In this document: one piece after another, positions 48,847 through 62,600 of the stretch | How positions within the stretch are numbered: the stretch's first letter is position 1 | Layout: every line of letters begins with the position of its first letter | NCBI GenBank assembly: GCA_965153285.1 | Contig: OZ229112.1 | From: Podarcis tiliguerta | Taxonomy: Eukaryota | Strand: one strand, 5' to 3' | DNA length: 64,000 nucleotides | Position numbers and translations under genes: made by a program | Notes under the pieces: model-generated | Seen by the model: the letters and a program-made list of their open reading frames with translations, nothing else | Told to the model about the DNA's origin: nothing | Database searches by the model: none

Positions 48847-51800
48847 TATCATGGAGAGTTGCAAGAACTGCATAACACTAACTGTGACTGTTCAGAAGGG
48901 ATTGAAGCTTTTTAGTGACATCCCCCCCCCAAGGCTTCATATGTATGTAGGTCTTTCTTAGTAAAAGTACTGGATCAGAATATCAGTATCTCCAGCAAAG
49001 CAAAGTGAAGATGAACACATAACATAGCAAACGTATCAGATTAAAGATGGCAAATAGGACATAGCTTCTGTCCCTTATATATGCACACAGCCAATGATTT
49101 CATGACTTGTGTGCGCACACAAATGTGTGCTTGTACCTATATTTATCAAGGTGTGAGTGACTTGACTGGCAGTTTTTTTGTTTTTGCATAGGATTCTTTC
49201 ATAGCAGTAGGTGCTGTCATCTAGAAATTGCAGTCTCAGTGTTGTTCATTTCAGAAAAAGGACTTTTTAATCATTTTCATTTTCCCCTCTTTGCTCACAG
49301 AAAACCTCAACTACCTTATTAGTCAGCATTTCTGAGACAGGTCTCTCTCTCTCTTTCTCTCTGTATGTGTGCAATAGCTTGCAGTCCAGCAGCAAATCAT
49401 GAATGGCTCCAACAGGCGCTGATGTCAGAAACTCTCTCTTCACCCCCACCCCACTTCCTTTGATGGTATCAGCCACTCTAGCTCCACAGTAAACTGATGC
49501 TACTCAAGCTTCAGCTGCAGCTGCTGTTTTCTTCAACATTTTTTTTATTCCTATGCATATACATCATTTAAAAAAAGGGGGGGTAGGGGGACCAAGAGTG
49601 CAATGCACCTGGAAAATGGCTGGAGAAACTTTCTTTAGGGGCCTTAAAGTGCCCCAAAGATTAACACACAGCTATTTTCACATCCTCCCCCTTCTTACAC
49701 AAAGAAGGTCAGTGGCAGAATGACCACATCAACAGAAGCAACAAATCCCTTCATTTTCCTCCTCCTCCATATTGGCATTGTTATGGCTGTAAACATTTGG
49801 GAGGCAACCAGATCATGATCCTAAAAATGAGGATAAAGGCACCGATGCATGCCTTTTACAAAGTGACATGCTTAAAAAACAAATCCTAATGTACTCTCCT
49901 CCAATTTATTATTGCATTTATATCCCGTTTTTTCTTCCAAGGACTATAAGGTGGTGTACATGGTTCGTTTCCTTGCAAATTAAATTAAAATTAAATTAAT
50001 CTGGTCACTTCAGGCCCCTCCAAATCTGGAAACAACAAAATGCTCTGCACACTTCAAATGCCAGCTTGAGAGCAATAGTACTCCAAGATGCTTTCTTGAG
50101 AAAGCAGCTTTTCAGATGAAGAATAAGAGTGCATTCCAAATTTACCTAAGGTTTATTATTAGTATTATACGGTGTCAACACACACCTCATTTTTGAAAGA
50201 AAAAAATGTGCATGGTGCTACGTTATTTATCTTATTCCTTGCCATATGTTGAAGTCAGAGGCTGCCATCTGGATGTGGAAGATGTCACTGAATTGCTTTT
50301 TTACACCTTGTGCTAAAGGGTTGCATGAGAAAAATCAAATCATGCAGGATGACCACCGGGGTTGTGGGGCCCTCTGGAGCTGATTTGGGGTGTGGGGGGA
50401 GAGAAAGAGGGCAGGTCCACTTATGCAACAATAGATGTTGCCTGCATTGTGCAAGCATTTGTGGGACAATGCTACTGGCTATTTTCTTTCCACCCATGGA
50501 AAGATACTAAATGTCCCAGAGGTAGCAATCCATGGGGAGACCTAGCTTTATTATAATTTATACGACCCTTCTCCTGCCTCATTGTGAGTCTAAATGAATG
50601 CGCAAAGCATTGTAACTTGTTCTGGAATACCCAGTACTAGCTAAATTCCACTTAGTTTGACATTCATTCCCTTCTTAAAGGGATTCTAAAAACAAGATAA
50701 CTCTAACAGAAAATGCTTAGGTTTACCAGCTAGCTCTGAATAAATACAGGTAAAGTTTTGTATCTCCCTTCTCAATCTTGCCCACTGGATGAACAAGCAC
50801 ATGTTGCATTAGGGATCCTACTGTAATGACTATAAAATCAGTCATTAATCATACCATTGTACATACATTTCTTAATATTTCTTTATAGCTTCTTCTATCA
50901 AATATTCTCCCCTCTTTACAGATAAGCGAATCAAAGTTAATATATGGCAGCTTTTCCAAAGCCACCTGCAAAGTACATGCATTAGCAGTAATTTGAACAC
51001 AGGACACGTTTCTATCCATTGAATTGACTTAATTAATTGAAGATGTTCTGATGATTTAGACTGTACATTTTGTTTTAAAACAAGGTTGGCAACAAAGGAA
51101 GAGAACAGGCACAAAGACTTCTTAGAACTAAAAGTGTGATCAATGGTTGAAGAGGTGTGGCTGCATTACGTTTAGTGGTGAGTAATAAGTGGTGACCTTA
51201 AGGAGTTTTGCAATTGCTATTTGTTTTTAAGTAAGTGTCTCTTGAAATAACATTATACAATCTCCTAGCTGAAATGCACTTATGAACATCACTTAACTCC
51301 TAAAAACCAACCCTTAAGCAGAATGAAACAACAAAACATACTCTTTAGAAACCGATTGCCTTAATTCCTAAAGGCACTCCATTACCATTGATCACATTTT
51401 CTTACTCTAAGAAAGTTATCCCTTTTCCTCATTCTCTGGAGAGGTGGTTTTCACTTCCTACCTATCTGACAATGGTGGCTGCACCCTTTCAATCCAGTCA
51501 AACTGGCATGTATCAAAACAAAAATTTCATCTGTTCTCATTAAATAGCTGACACCTTATCCTTCTTTCCAAATGTTGTAAATGTTTGCTTTGCAAAATCC
51601 AGGAAAGCTTTTAAAACAAAGAGAACCGAGAGCCCTCCTTCCCTCCCACTCCCCCTTTATAATGATGCATCTCTGCTTATCTGCTCGATTATCAACAGGC
51701 TATTGTTTTCCCACTGGGGCTCGTTGAGTAAGGTTGACCTAAGGAAGGTTAATGTTCAAATAGGTGTTTCTCAGTTCCAGCAAAAGAATACAGGTTGCTG

Positions 51801-51864
51801 ACAGAAAGGCATCACAAGGGTCTTCATCCTGACTTCCTTAAGAAGACAACATTTCAAGGAAGTG

Positions 51865-51890
<26 letters not shown>
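51865..51890. repeat. (GT)n microsatellite
   Basis: Direct reading. Confidence 0.9.
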
Positions 51891-51896
<6 letters not shown>

Positions 51897-54800
51897 TGGA
51901 GACTACCAAAAGGCCAGGCCTGTTTTTGTTTTTTATTTTTACTTCTTTTGCATCTCCCAAAACAACAACTTTTAAAGAAAGACACTGTCCCCTAGAAGAG
52001 ATAATCCCACAATGGAGAGTCCATTAGAGGTATTAAGGCACTGGCAGCAGCCTGATCTACAAGAGCAGCTCTGTCCTGACAATAGACAATTAAAGCTGAT
52101 AAATCTGAACTACTTGTTGCTGTTCTAATTCCTTGTAATTGTGTGCTGCTTGTCCCTGCCTCCTGCACACAGGGATGAAGCATGCTTCTTTAATCTCCAG
52201 AGTACCTGACCTAGTTCCTATGTGGTCTTTTCAGGACCTGTTTTCTTCCCATCTGGACCTCTCTCCACCCCTTCCCGCCTCCTCCAAAAGCACAGAGGAG
52301 TGTTAGCAGAGAGGAAAAGAGAAAACATCAGAACTCAGCACCAGGATAATATTTCTGTAACGCCAAACAATATTCTAATCTGCAAACAGCAGCCAATTTT
52401 GCCACTTTGGCAAAATCGTGATTAAACTGTACTTTTTGTTATTAAAAGCTCAACAAGTGGAGCACATGCACAATGACAAGCCATATTGTCTGACCAATAC
52501 TGGCTGCCAAACTTGCACGTTACACTCATGTCTCTGTGTGTGTTTTCATATACCACCCACACACTTTGAGATTTTACTTCTATCCATTCACTGGTATGTG
52601 TGTGTTCAGCTAGATTATATAGGTTTTTTTGAGTGCATTATTCTTCCGATAAGCTATATACATAAGAATACTGTTATGCTAACAAACACTGCAGTTCTAA
52701 CCATACCTACTCAGAAGAAAGACGTGCTGAATTTAAATGGGGTTTACTCCCAGTAAGTGGAGCTAGGAGTGCTGCCCTTCAGCAAATTGAATCCTAGGCC
52801 TTTCATATAGTTTTCACAAGACAGGTAATTATTTATGTTTGTTTGTGTGCATAATAGCAGAGGAAACTTTGTATATCTGCATCTACTAGATTCAAAACAG
52901 CACAATTAATCCTCTTGCGGAGCTCAATTAATAATTTCAGGGTGCCTGGGTTTGGCAGCACAGGAATAAGAAAATATGGTTGTAGGAATGCCTACTGGTC
53001 TTAAAAATTCTATAAATTTATTTACATCTGAACATACTTTGGAGAATAATCTTGGAAATAATGCCTATTTCCGAGTTAGCAGCATTCTACCCTCTTATTT
53101 CTTAAGTGCCTCTTCCTCCACCTTCTTATGCTAGCAGAGCTGACAGAAGAGACTTTTATTTTATTTCCCCATGCAGCATGGCTTAATGTTTTGCGACAGC
53201 TTGTTGTTGGATTTTTTAGACTGGAGTCCTAATTGTCACAGGCTTCTCAAAACATTTCATTTACAGTTTTACCAGGAATACTTTCATGTGCAGAGAGTGG
53301 AGAGTTCCACTGTGCTGCCCCCAGTCAAGCTGTCAGTAATGCCGTTTGCTGGCTTCTTTCAGTTCTCCAAGTCAGACGGGCAGGAAAGCATCACCCCTAA
53401 TGTTTTTACAGTACTAATCTCCATTTGTTTTAAATAACGTTTTAAAAATAAGTTAGTAGTCTCTCTCTATTTCAATAGAACGTTACTAATAAAATAAAAA
53501 TAAGAAACCTACTTATGTTTACCATTTCACTTGTAGCTCCCCACCACCACACTTCTGTAGTAGAAACAACAATACTTTTAAACAAAGAAATTATGGAGAC
53601 TATAGATAAGGTTACTAGAAATGACAGCTCAGCCTATATTTCAACATATGAAGCTTTAGTTAACTAAACAAATGAAGAAGTGCTTTCGAATAATAATAAA
53701 AAAGGGGGAGGGGGGAGGAACAGCTTGTAATAGAGAATGTCCTGGATCTTTTGTTTCCATTTAGGATAACAACTGGGCTTTGCAAAGAAAAGACAACAGG
53801 CAGTTCATACTAAATTGGACTTGCCAACTGCTAGTTAGAATATTGCAAATAATTTACTTTCCATGATAAAAGCAAAAGCAAGCAGCACCCAGCAGGGGCC
53901 CAGCTGATAAAACTGTGTCAAACTCAAACCATTTGTCAACCGGGAAGGAAAAGAACAGAGCTGAAAGATGGACTCAGGAAACAGATTTATCTGGCGCAAC
54001 ACATTAACTAGTATAAATACCATGGGAGGAGGGAGAAAGTAAACACATTTATTCAGTATCTCCAGCTAGCCAGAAGAAGAATCACTCACGTAACTCACTG
54101 CCCGTGCCACCCAAACACTCATTTGTCACAGAACAGTAGCATTTTTCTTTTGTGTACAACGGGAGTGTTGTTTAATGCATAGCACTGAAAGGTTTTAGTA
54201 GCACACACACACACACAAAGTGTGGTTAAACAAGGCAAGATGCAAATTCCTACCATTTTAATCTCAAAGCAATAAAACTTCAGGTCATAAACACATGAGG
54301 TAACACCTACTAAAACTTCCATCTATGTTTTGCACTTCTGTTTACTGAAGTAAACTGATGTTATAGGAGGGATACCAAAAAAGAGGAATGCAATGCAGTG
54401 CTATGAATGCTATGAACTGGGACTGTACCCAAACAAAACAAAAAACTTTTTAAAAAAAATGCTAGCCCTTTTCTTTGCAAAGACATTCGTTTTGAACAGT
54501 TGCATGTAATTTCCGTTATGAAATAGTGTTATGAAAACAGACAAACGCAGGTTGCCAAAGCTAACTGGAGTACATACACAAGAGGTTTTCTGTTAAACTA
54601 AAGTAAAAAAATCAACAACATAGCAAAAGGTATACTGTAAAACCACAGTCAGTTAATACATAAATATTAATCTAATGCAGTATATTCTTTAGCAGTACCT
54701 TTGAACAGCCATGTAGGACAGGTTTCCAATCTTCGTTCATGCATCCCAGGGTTTTAGTCCGTATATTTGTCTTCTGTCACTCACTCATTCACTCACTCAT

Positions 54801-56235
54801 TCACACACCACGCACACACATGCACACATTAACACGCAGGACACATGCTCTCTACCTCTCACACTGAGACACTCCTCTAACCCTGTCTGGAGCCGAGCCT
54901 TGGATTTTAGAATTTCCTCCTGTGAGAAGATTTTCCCCCACCCCTTTCCTTCTACTCCACCCCATTCAGTAATTAGGCTTAACAAGAGCAATTAACAAAA
55001 TAAACTCTGCTTAGGCTGGTGGTCTGATAATTCTGATTACCAAGACCTTTGGGAAATAATCAAAAATATTTAAACAGATACTTTCACAGGGGCTTTAAAA
55101 ACCCACCTTTTCTGTCACAGCTTATTGCAATTATTTGCAGTTTGGGTGGAGATTGGATAGCATGATCTCATTCTAGTGGCTTCAATATGTTATATTTTAC
55201 TGAATTTTACTGAAAGGTTGCAATAGTTTAATAACATCAAATAATTAATAACGCAAAATAAATAATGTGTTGAGATGATCAAAATGTTTTGAATTGTATT
55301 TATTGCATTTTATTGTTTGCGTTTTGATATACCCCTGTAAACCACCTTAGGAAGTGTTTTATTTTTGAAAGGCAGAATAAGCATTTGACAAATAACTTAA
55401 GGAAGTTACCAGCACAAACTTTGTGTGATTGAATTTTCCATTATATAATAATATGACATTAAAACACAGATTTGAGTAGTTTTTAAAAAATCTTTCATCT
55501 ATTTATCAATGTAAAAAGACAGTCAAGTACAAAAATCATGAAACAGTATCCTTAATAAATATACTGTGTTCCTACACAGACTCAGCGCCTTTCCTACCTA
55601 ATAAAGACATTTTTCAAGTTACCTGAGATGTACATTGATTGAATAAAATATGGGCTTTGCTTTCATCCCTGACTTTTGGATTGGATTCAGGACTAATGGG
55701 AATTGTTTCAAAACCAAAAACCAAGTATCTTTAGCTTACTGATAGAAATGTCAGTAAACTATCAGCTGTTTGTGGCAACTTTCTGTTTCTGCAATACAGT
55801 TCACCTAAAACGTAAAGACCCCAATCCAGAGGACTACTGCAACAGCTGAAAGTTGGGTGTGTACTGCCACACTTGCACATATATAACATTCATCTGATCA
55901 CAGCAACCCCATTTCTCCTAAAATGTTCAGAGATTCGCGTTAACAGGTGCTGGTGTTGTATATCTACAATCTGCAACAGTTCCCTCTTGTCGTTAGGTGA
56001 TATTTATATTAGCAGAAATAAATAATACGTTGCTCATATACAAACCATATGCACTGTTTTCTGATCACTTGTTGGGAGAAAAAGGGGAATGTGCAAGGAA
56101 GACTAAATTTCCTTAAGTGGGAAACAGCAGTGGGGAACATGTGGCTCTCCAGATGTTGCTGGACTCCAGTCAGTCCCAGTGAGGATGGCCAATGGTCAGG
56201 GATGATGGGAGTTGTAGTCTAGCAACATCTGCAGG

Positions 56236-56420
56236 CATAGGAGCCAACTCCGAGGGGCAGAGGTCCCTTCACCCCCCCCCCAATACAATATTTTAGCTTC
56301 CTCCCCAAACTTGATGGGCATTGCCAATAAAATGGTGTGTGTGTGTGTGCTGCATCTTATGATTGTGCGGGGCAGGGCTTACCTGGACCCCCCAACATTT
56401 TATTTAAGTTGGCACCCGTG
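56236..56420. mobile_element. hAT MITE nested in another MITE
   Basis: TIR CATAGGAGCCAACT / AGTTGGCACCCGTG; perfect 8-bp TSD TCTGCAGG (56228-56235, 56421-56428). Confidence 0.85.
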
Positions 56421-56745
56421 TCTGCAGGGCCACAGGTTCCCCATCCTGCTTTAAAAAGATACTGGCCTCGTCAGACCGGCCATCTCAGGTAAGGTGAGGT
56501 GTTTGGATTGCAGTAATGAGCCTGCAGCTTTCCACTTTACTCAAACAACTTCGGAGTGAGGACAAAGAAGGTAAGGCACTTTCCCCTGAAGAGCTGGAGT
56601 GCTGCTATAAGAATGTGAAGGGCAAAGCCATGTCATGTCCAAAGAATTTAACTATTATTTTTCTATTTCTACCCTGCCTCTCCATCCAGTAGCATGAAGC
56701 ATGAAGGCTTTAAAGTAAACAATGAGCTGACATATGTCCATATAT

Positions 56746-57084
56746 CAGAGGCGTAGCTAGGGGGGCGGGAGGGGCAGGGAGTACTGGATGCCACACCATG
56801 GAGGGCGGCACTTACTGCGGGGCCTGCAGCACACCAGAGCCACGTCTCACCTGGAAGTGACACAGTGGCTTGGGTGCCTAAAGGCTCTGCACTGCCCAAA
56901 ACGGCAGCGTGGGGCTTGCTTCTGCCCACCACCTCCCCTTCAGCCACCCTACAGGCTCCACACAGTGAGCCCTGCCCCGGCTCGCCCTGCCCAGTGGGCA
57001 GCTTGCCTCGGCCCCATGGATGGTTCTCTCCAGCACAATGCCAACGAGGCACCCTGGGTGCCTGAATGGCTAGCTACGCTGCTG
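56746..57084. mobile_element. GC-rich hAT-type MITE
   Basis: TIR CAGAGGCGTAGCTAG / CTAGCTACGCTGCTG; near-TSD CATATATC / CTTATATC. Confidence 0.7.
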
Positions 57085-57214
57085 CTTATATCTATACTGT
57101 TGACTGCTTCATAAGACAGAATGATTATATACAGAAATAAAATAAATTAATAAAATCTGTAGGGTAAGTCCAACTAACTTAACTCAGAGCAGTTCCTCAG
57201 TAATACGTCTATAC

Positions 57215-57467
57215 CATGGGTAGGCAAACTAAAGCCCGGGGGCCAGAGCCGGCCCAATAGCCTTCTAAATCCGGCTCGTGGATGGTCTGGGAATCAGCCT
57301 GTCTTTACATGAGTAGAATGTGTCCTTTTATTTAAAATGCATCTCTGGGTTATTTGTGGTCATAGGAATTTGTTCATTCCCCCCCCCCCAAAAAAAATAG
57401 TCCGGGCCCCCACAAGGTCTGAGGGACAGTGAACTGCCCCCCTGCTGAAAAAGTTTGCTGACCCCTG
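57215..57467. mobile_element. hAT (Charlie-like) MITE
   Basis: TIR CATGGGTAGGCAAACT / AGTTTGCTGACCCCTG; TSD GTCTATAC / GTCAATAT (6/8). Confidence 0.8.
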
Positions 57468-59657
57468 GTCAATATCAACACCACACAGACACAATAGCAT
57501 CCAACCCTCAAACCTAATTAAAATAAAATAAATTAATTTTATAATTTTATGGCCATCATTTTATAGTGTGCAATTGTATATTAGTGCATGCTGAATATTC
57601 TGAAATAATGTTGCTATGAATACAAATAATTTTTTTAAAATTCCCTATATGAAAAGTACAGTGCACCATAATATTCTTACTTGAACTTTCCCACAAGCCA
57701 GGCAAATGGTAGCAAGTAAGTCTGGAGCTAGAATTAGTTGCATAGAACAGCCACTAACCTGAAGACTTCCCTTCCATAGTCCACTTCAGTCATTCAAGTA
57801 GGCTTGAATGGGGTTATAGCCTTTGATGATACAAAAGCTTCTTTAAACCAAAAATTAAAAAAAGACTGGAAATGTGTGGGAAGTCTTTAAAACCGACACT
57901 ATCATGTAAACCACACAATTGCCTGGGTTTCGTAACAAAGGATTACATTGGCTGATTTTGTGGTGCCTGAAAGGGCATGCCTGCTCCTCAGCTGAGCCAA
58001 GCTTACAAAAGTTTCCCAAGTTCTGAAGGTAAAGCCTTGAGGAAGAAAACTCTTTCCTCATATATTTTATTTGCTGTATTAACCATGCACTGGATTGTTT
58101 CTGGGCTTCTGCACTTACATCATAGCATACATAAGCGCACACCAGGTGTTTTGGACAACAGCTCCTCAGAGATCTCTATCATGCACAACATTTTTCCTAC
58201 ATGGATCTAGATAATGGCAGAGGAGGAAAGCAGATACATCACATGTTTGCTCCTCCTCTGCACATATGTATATAAGGACGCCATCACTTATAAAAGGGTT
58301 AGGATATTTCAAGGAGAAGTTGCAATGCCTGGCCACTAGCATATAAGCTGAGAAAGATGCCTCACTACTCTGTGTCTTGCCTTGATCTCCCCACCAGGAA
58401 AAATGACAAGCTGAATAGTATTATTTATCAGCACACACACAAAAAAATCAGGGTTTTTTGTTGCCAGATTGGAAAATAAATCTGGCATTAGACCCCATTC
58501 CTAAACTTTCAACAGTGATAGAATATTACATACACAAACCATAGGACAGGAACAGAATGCCCCCTCCCCCCCGCCAATCAAAAACTGTTTTTGAAATTTG
58601 CTTATGCAGCAAAAGTTGTGGGAGGGTGGAAAAAGCAGCTGCTTCTGAGAAGGAGCAATTAAAAACTCTGCAGTAGCCATGCAGAAATGCTTGCAGATTT
58701 TGGCCGATATCTTGTGCTGTTACACTAGGGGTAAATGAAGCATGTAAGTGTTCAAACTACAAACAATGGAATGTGGAATCAAGGCAAGACATACACTGTG
58801 GAGCTGGCAGTAAGTTCAAAAACACTGGACTGACCATGCTGATGTAATGCATGACAGAGAGGTTAAGGGCCAGCTGAAATACTCTGGCCTACATGTTAAG
58901 CTGCCAGGAAATGTAGGGCTGCCATACATCCGGATTTTCCAGGACATGAGATTTCAAAGGCGGAATTGTTGTCTGGGGGGCAGTTTCTGAAATGCAGCGC
59001 TAGGAAATGACACAGCAGCAGTGGCTTCATAAGAACTAAGGCTTGTACTACTGAAACAGGAATGTTAAGACTTAGCTTGCCACAGAAAACTCAGTCTTCG
59101 TTGGCACGATGCAAGCAAACCACATAACTGATTTATTAATTTCATTAATTAAAAGTCACTAAATGCATGATGCACGTCAATTTAGGAATTATTTGCTGAA
59201 ACAGAAATACAAAAAACCCCACTCTTTTAGGTTTATTGTTAAACAGAACAACAATTATTGTGTGATTTTTTTTTTTAACTTCTATTATTTGCTAGTTTCA
59301 GGAAATGGTCGATGGACATGGGTTATCCAGAAGGATTCGACAGCTTTCAATTACATTATTTTCGTCAATTAGTCTTAAAGAAAATAACACTTCTATTAAT
59401 CATTTCAATTAACGGCAAGCACCGCATGACACCAGCACCACAGCCCATATGCTGCGCTCCAATCACCCAAATATTAAAGCCTTTTTAATTGATTTATCTA
59501 AAGAACATTCAATAGACTCAAGGTGGCAGCCAGCCAGGAAATCCCGAAAGAAGATGACAAAAAGGTGGGGGTGCTAAACCCGTTTCCCAATTTGTTTTTC
59601 CTCTTTCTCCAGGGTTCACTGTTAATCCAATCACAGCCCATAAAGCTCGCCTTTTAA

Positions 59658-59680
59658 TAAAATAAATAAATAAATAAATA
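59658..59680. repeat. (AAAT)n microsatellite
   Basis: Direct reading. Confidence 0.85.
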
Positions 59681-62600
59681 GATAAAGGGGCACACATGTT
59701 GGCTCGTCATCTGCTTGGAGAAGCCCCCCTTCTCCCACAGTTTGCTGTCCAGTTAAGAGAGGGCTGCTGCGTACAACAGCACATTTTTATCCAGCAGAAA
59801 TATTTAGCTTGGCTACCCGCCAAGGAATGCTGGAAGAATAGAATGAATTAGGGGATTTACCTTCCACGTGCTTCGCACGCGTCACTGAAGAGCTTGCTTC
59901 TTTTCTTTCTCTCCACCCCCCCCTCCCTGCCCCTCTCTTTCCTTTATCAAATATCTCCTACAGTTAAAAAAGTACAGCCTGAAATAGGAGCCGACACGTT
60001 ACCAAGTTTGGTCACAGTGGCGCTATTCTGTGCAAGGTAGACATTTCCCTTTACTGTTGAAATAAAACTTTTGCACCTAGAAAAGCTTAGCTTGTCTTGT
60101 ACACTACTTCATGTGAGAGGTTTCTTTTTCCTTTTTAAGGGACCGTTCACTTTATGCAAAGATTCTTTTCACAGAAGAGCTAGTGATTTGAAAACATATT
60201 CCCACTAGACATTAATATACTAAACTTAGCTTTGTTGATATAAACAAGAAGGATTGTTCTGTCCTGTGACTGCAGGGTGTTTATATGGGCTTTCCTTTGT
60301 TTTTCTTATGACATTTCCTAGCTTCTTGACTGGCCTGGTTTTATTTGTATTGGCAAGTAAGACGGAAAGAGTTAATATTAAAAAAAAAAAGGCAGTTCAG
60401 GAAGCACCCTGTATTGCCACTGACTGAGCTCTTAATGTGAGAAGCTAGGATGATGTTTTAATAGTTCAACAGATGGTGCTACTATACATATTGTACAGAG
60501 ATAAAGGAGGGCTTCGCCAGCATTAAATAGGAGAGCTTCTAACCAGCTACAATTCAATACTGTGCATGCATGCATGTCTTTCCTGAGTTTATACTTTATA
60601 CATCCAGGGTGCTTTTTAAGTTAAATGAAGAGGTATGCTTCTTTCAGTTAAGTGAATGAAGTGTACATAACACAGTCAATGAGCAAGCTATTTTAGTGGA
60701 ATTGGTGGCATTCTGTAATAATATATATAATTTCAAGATACCACTCAGCACGTTAAGCTCATCTGCACTGCAGCCATTAAAGTGCTGGGGGTAAATGGGG
60801 GAGGATGGCAAAATGCAGGACTCAGGTAGGCATGCATGATTCACTGTTCTCCCCTTCCTTCTCGAAGGAATACTATCCTTTTGATCAGCAGTGAATGGTG
60901 GGGAGAGGAAATTCTTGAAAATGTCGGCAGTTTCGCTGTCTTCTGATTTCATCTCTGTATCAGGACCAGCATTATCTGCTATCTTACTCAACTATGCAAT
61001 AGGTCAAATCAAAAAAGCTAAACACGTTTTCTCAATAATTACCACTTCCTAGGAAATACTGCAATTCTGGTGCACAAAGGAGCCATATCGTGGGTGTTTC
61101 TCATATAACCTAGGTCAGCCTTCCCCAGCCAGATGCTTTGGACTACAACTCCAATGAACTCCATCAAGTAGGGCTTTTGCTGGCTAGGGCTGATGGAAAT
61201 TGTCATCTAAAGGATCTAGGAGGGCACCAAGTTGGGGAAGGCTAGCCTGGACCTTCCAGTGTTAACCGAATGTCACAGGATGGGCACAAACTGTTGCATT
61301 TCTCATACTATTCTGATTATGCTAAAATAAAATTTGCTTTGGATGGATTAAAACTGCACTTTATATTTCCAATAAATCTTGCTTATATTCTGTGCGCACA
61401 AAAATACTAATGGAGGGATGGGGAACCCCTGTTTCGAGGGCAAAATGCAGCATTCAGACCTCTCTGTCGGGCCACACCCACTCCCAATCTGTTGCTTCTC
61501 CCCATCAGTCCTGCTTTTCTACTGTCTTGAGAATTTATGCTTCACTCAAATGTGTCCTTGAACTCTGATACTGTTTCTTCCTTGCCTGTTCGGACATGTG
61601 AGTGTGTGTAGAAACAATGCAAACGTAAAATTAACATTCATGGCCCTACATACAACTAACATGAGGCTTCTAGAAGGTTGCCTAGAAGGAAATGTGTCCC
61701 TCAGACTACAGTTCCCTGTCCTTGTGCTAATGGCTGATACTAGACATCCAAGACACTATACCATTTGTCACCTGTTGCCTTATCTGCCATTATGCACTAT
61801 AGGCAGGGACAGTAATCCTGCAGGTTTTAATTTCAGACATGGAATATTTCAGTTCTGCTAGTATAGACAATTACTCTGAACCCATTTTCTGTCCAATTCT
61901 GACTTTCTGTTGGGGCGAAATCATCAATGATTGGATGTGTGAAATCTAGCTACAGGATTGAAGATTGTTGCCCATTTATTGTTGATTCAGCTCGTACTTG
62001 TGACTTGCCACAATACAATCAAATTTGTGGTGATATAATTATTTCTATATTTACAGTCTGATAAACAAAACTGATAATTTTCTCCAACCCCAAAGGCAGT
62101 TCTTTAAGGTAAAAATAAAATATAATTCTGCCGACACACACATTTGGAATGATACTTCAGTGAGATTAAATAATTACTGAATCTCTGTATTGTGTTTTAT
62201 GTTTAATATCTTTGCAATTAATTGATCCCCACCCCCCAATGACTCTGAAAATTCAGGGCTGCACTCAACCTTCTGCAGCACCAGCATCTGTTGCAGATAA
62301 TCCATCAATGGTTTTGGAATTGCCAAATGAAAAAGCAAAAAGCCCAAACTGTTAGCATTCTACTCTTCAGACTGGTGTTTTTCTTTTCTTTTTAAATGCA
62401 GTTGGAAAACTGAATTAGTGCAATGGTCATTAAATTTTAAGACAAGGCACCACCACTGAGGATGTGTTCTCTTGTAAACAAATAAGAAAATAGTCTTTAA
62501 CCAGGCCCTGACCCAATAAATATTTATATGATATATAGCCTTACAAATATGGCATAGTGGACCTTTGCCCACCATAGTATTATGCTCTTGATACTAACCT

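Noticed and set aside
56669-57114. GC-rich ORFs / apparent CpG island
   Set aside because: Explained by a TIR-bounded MITE.
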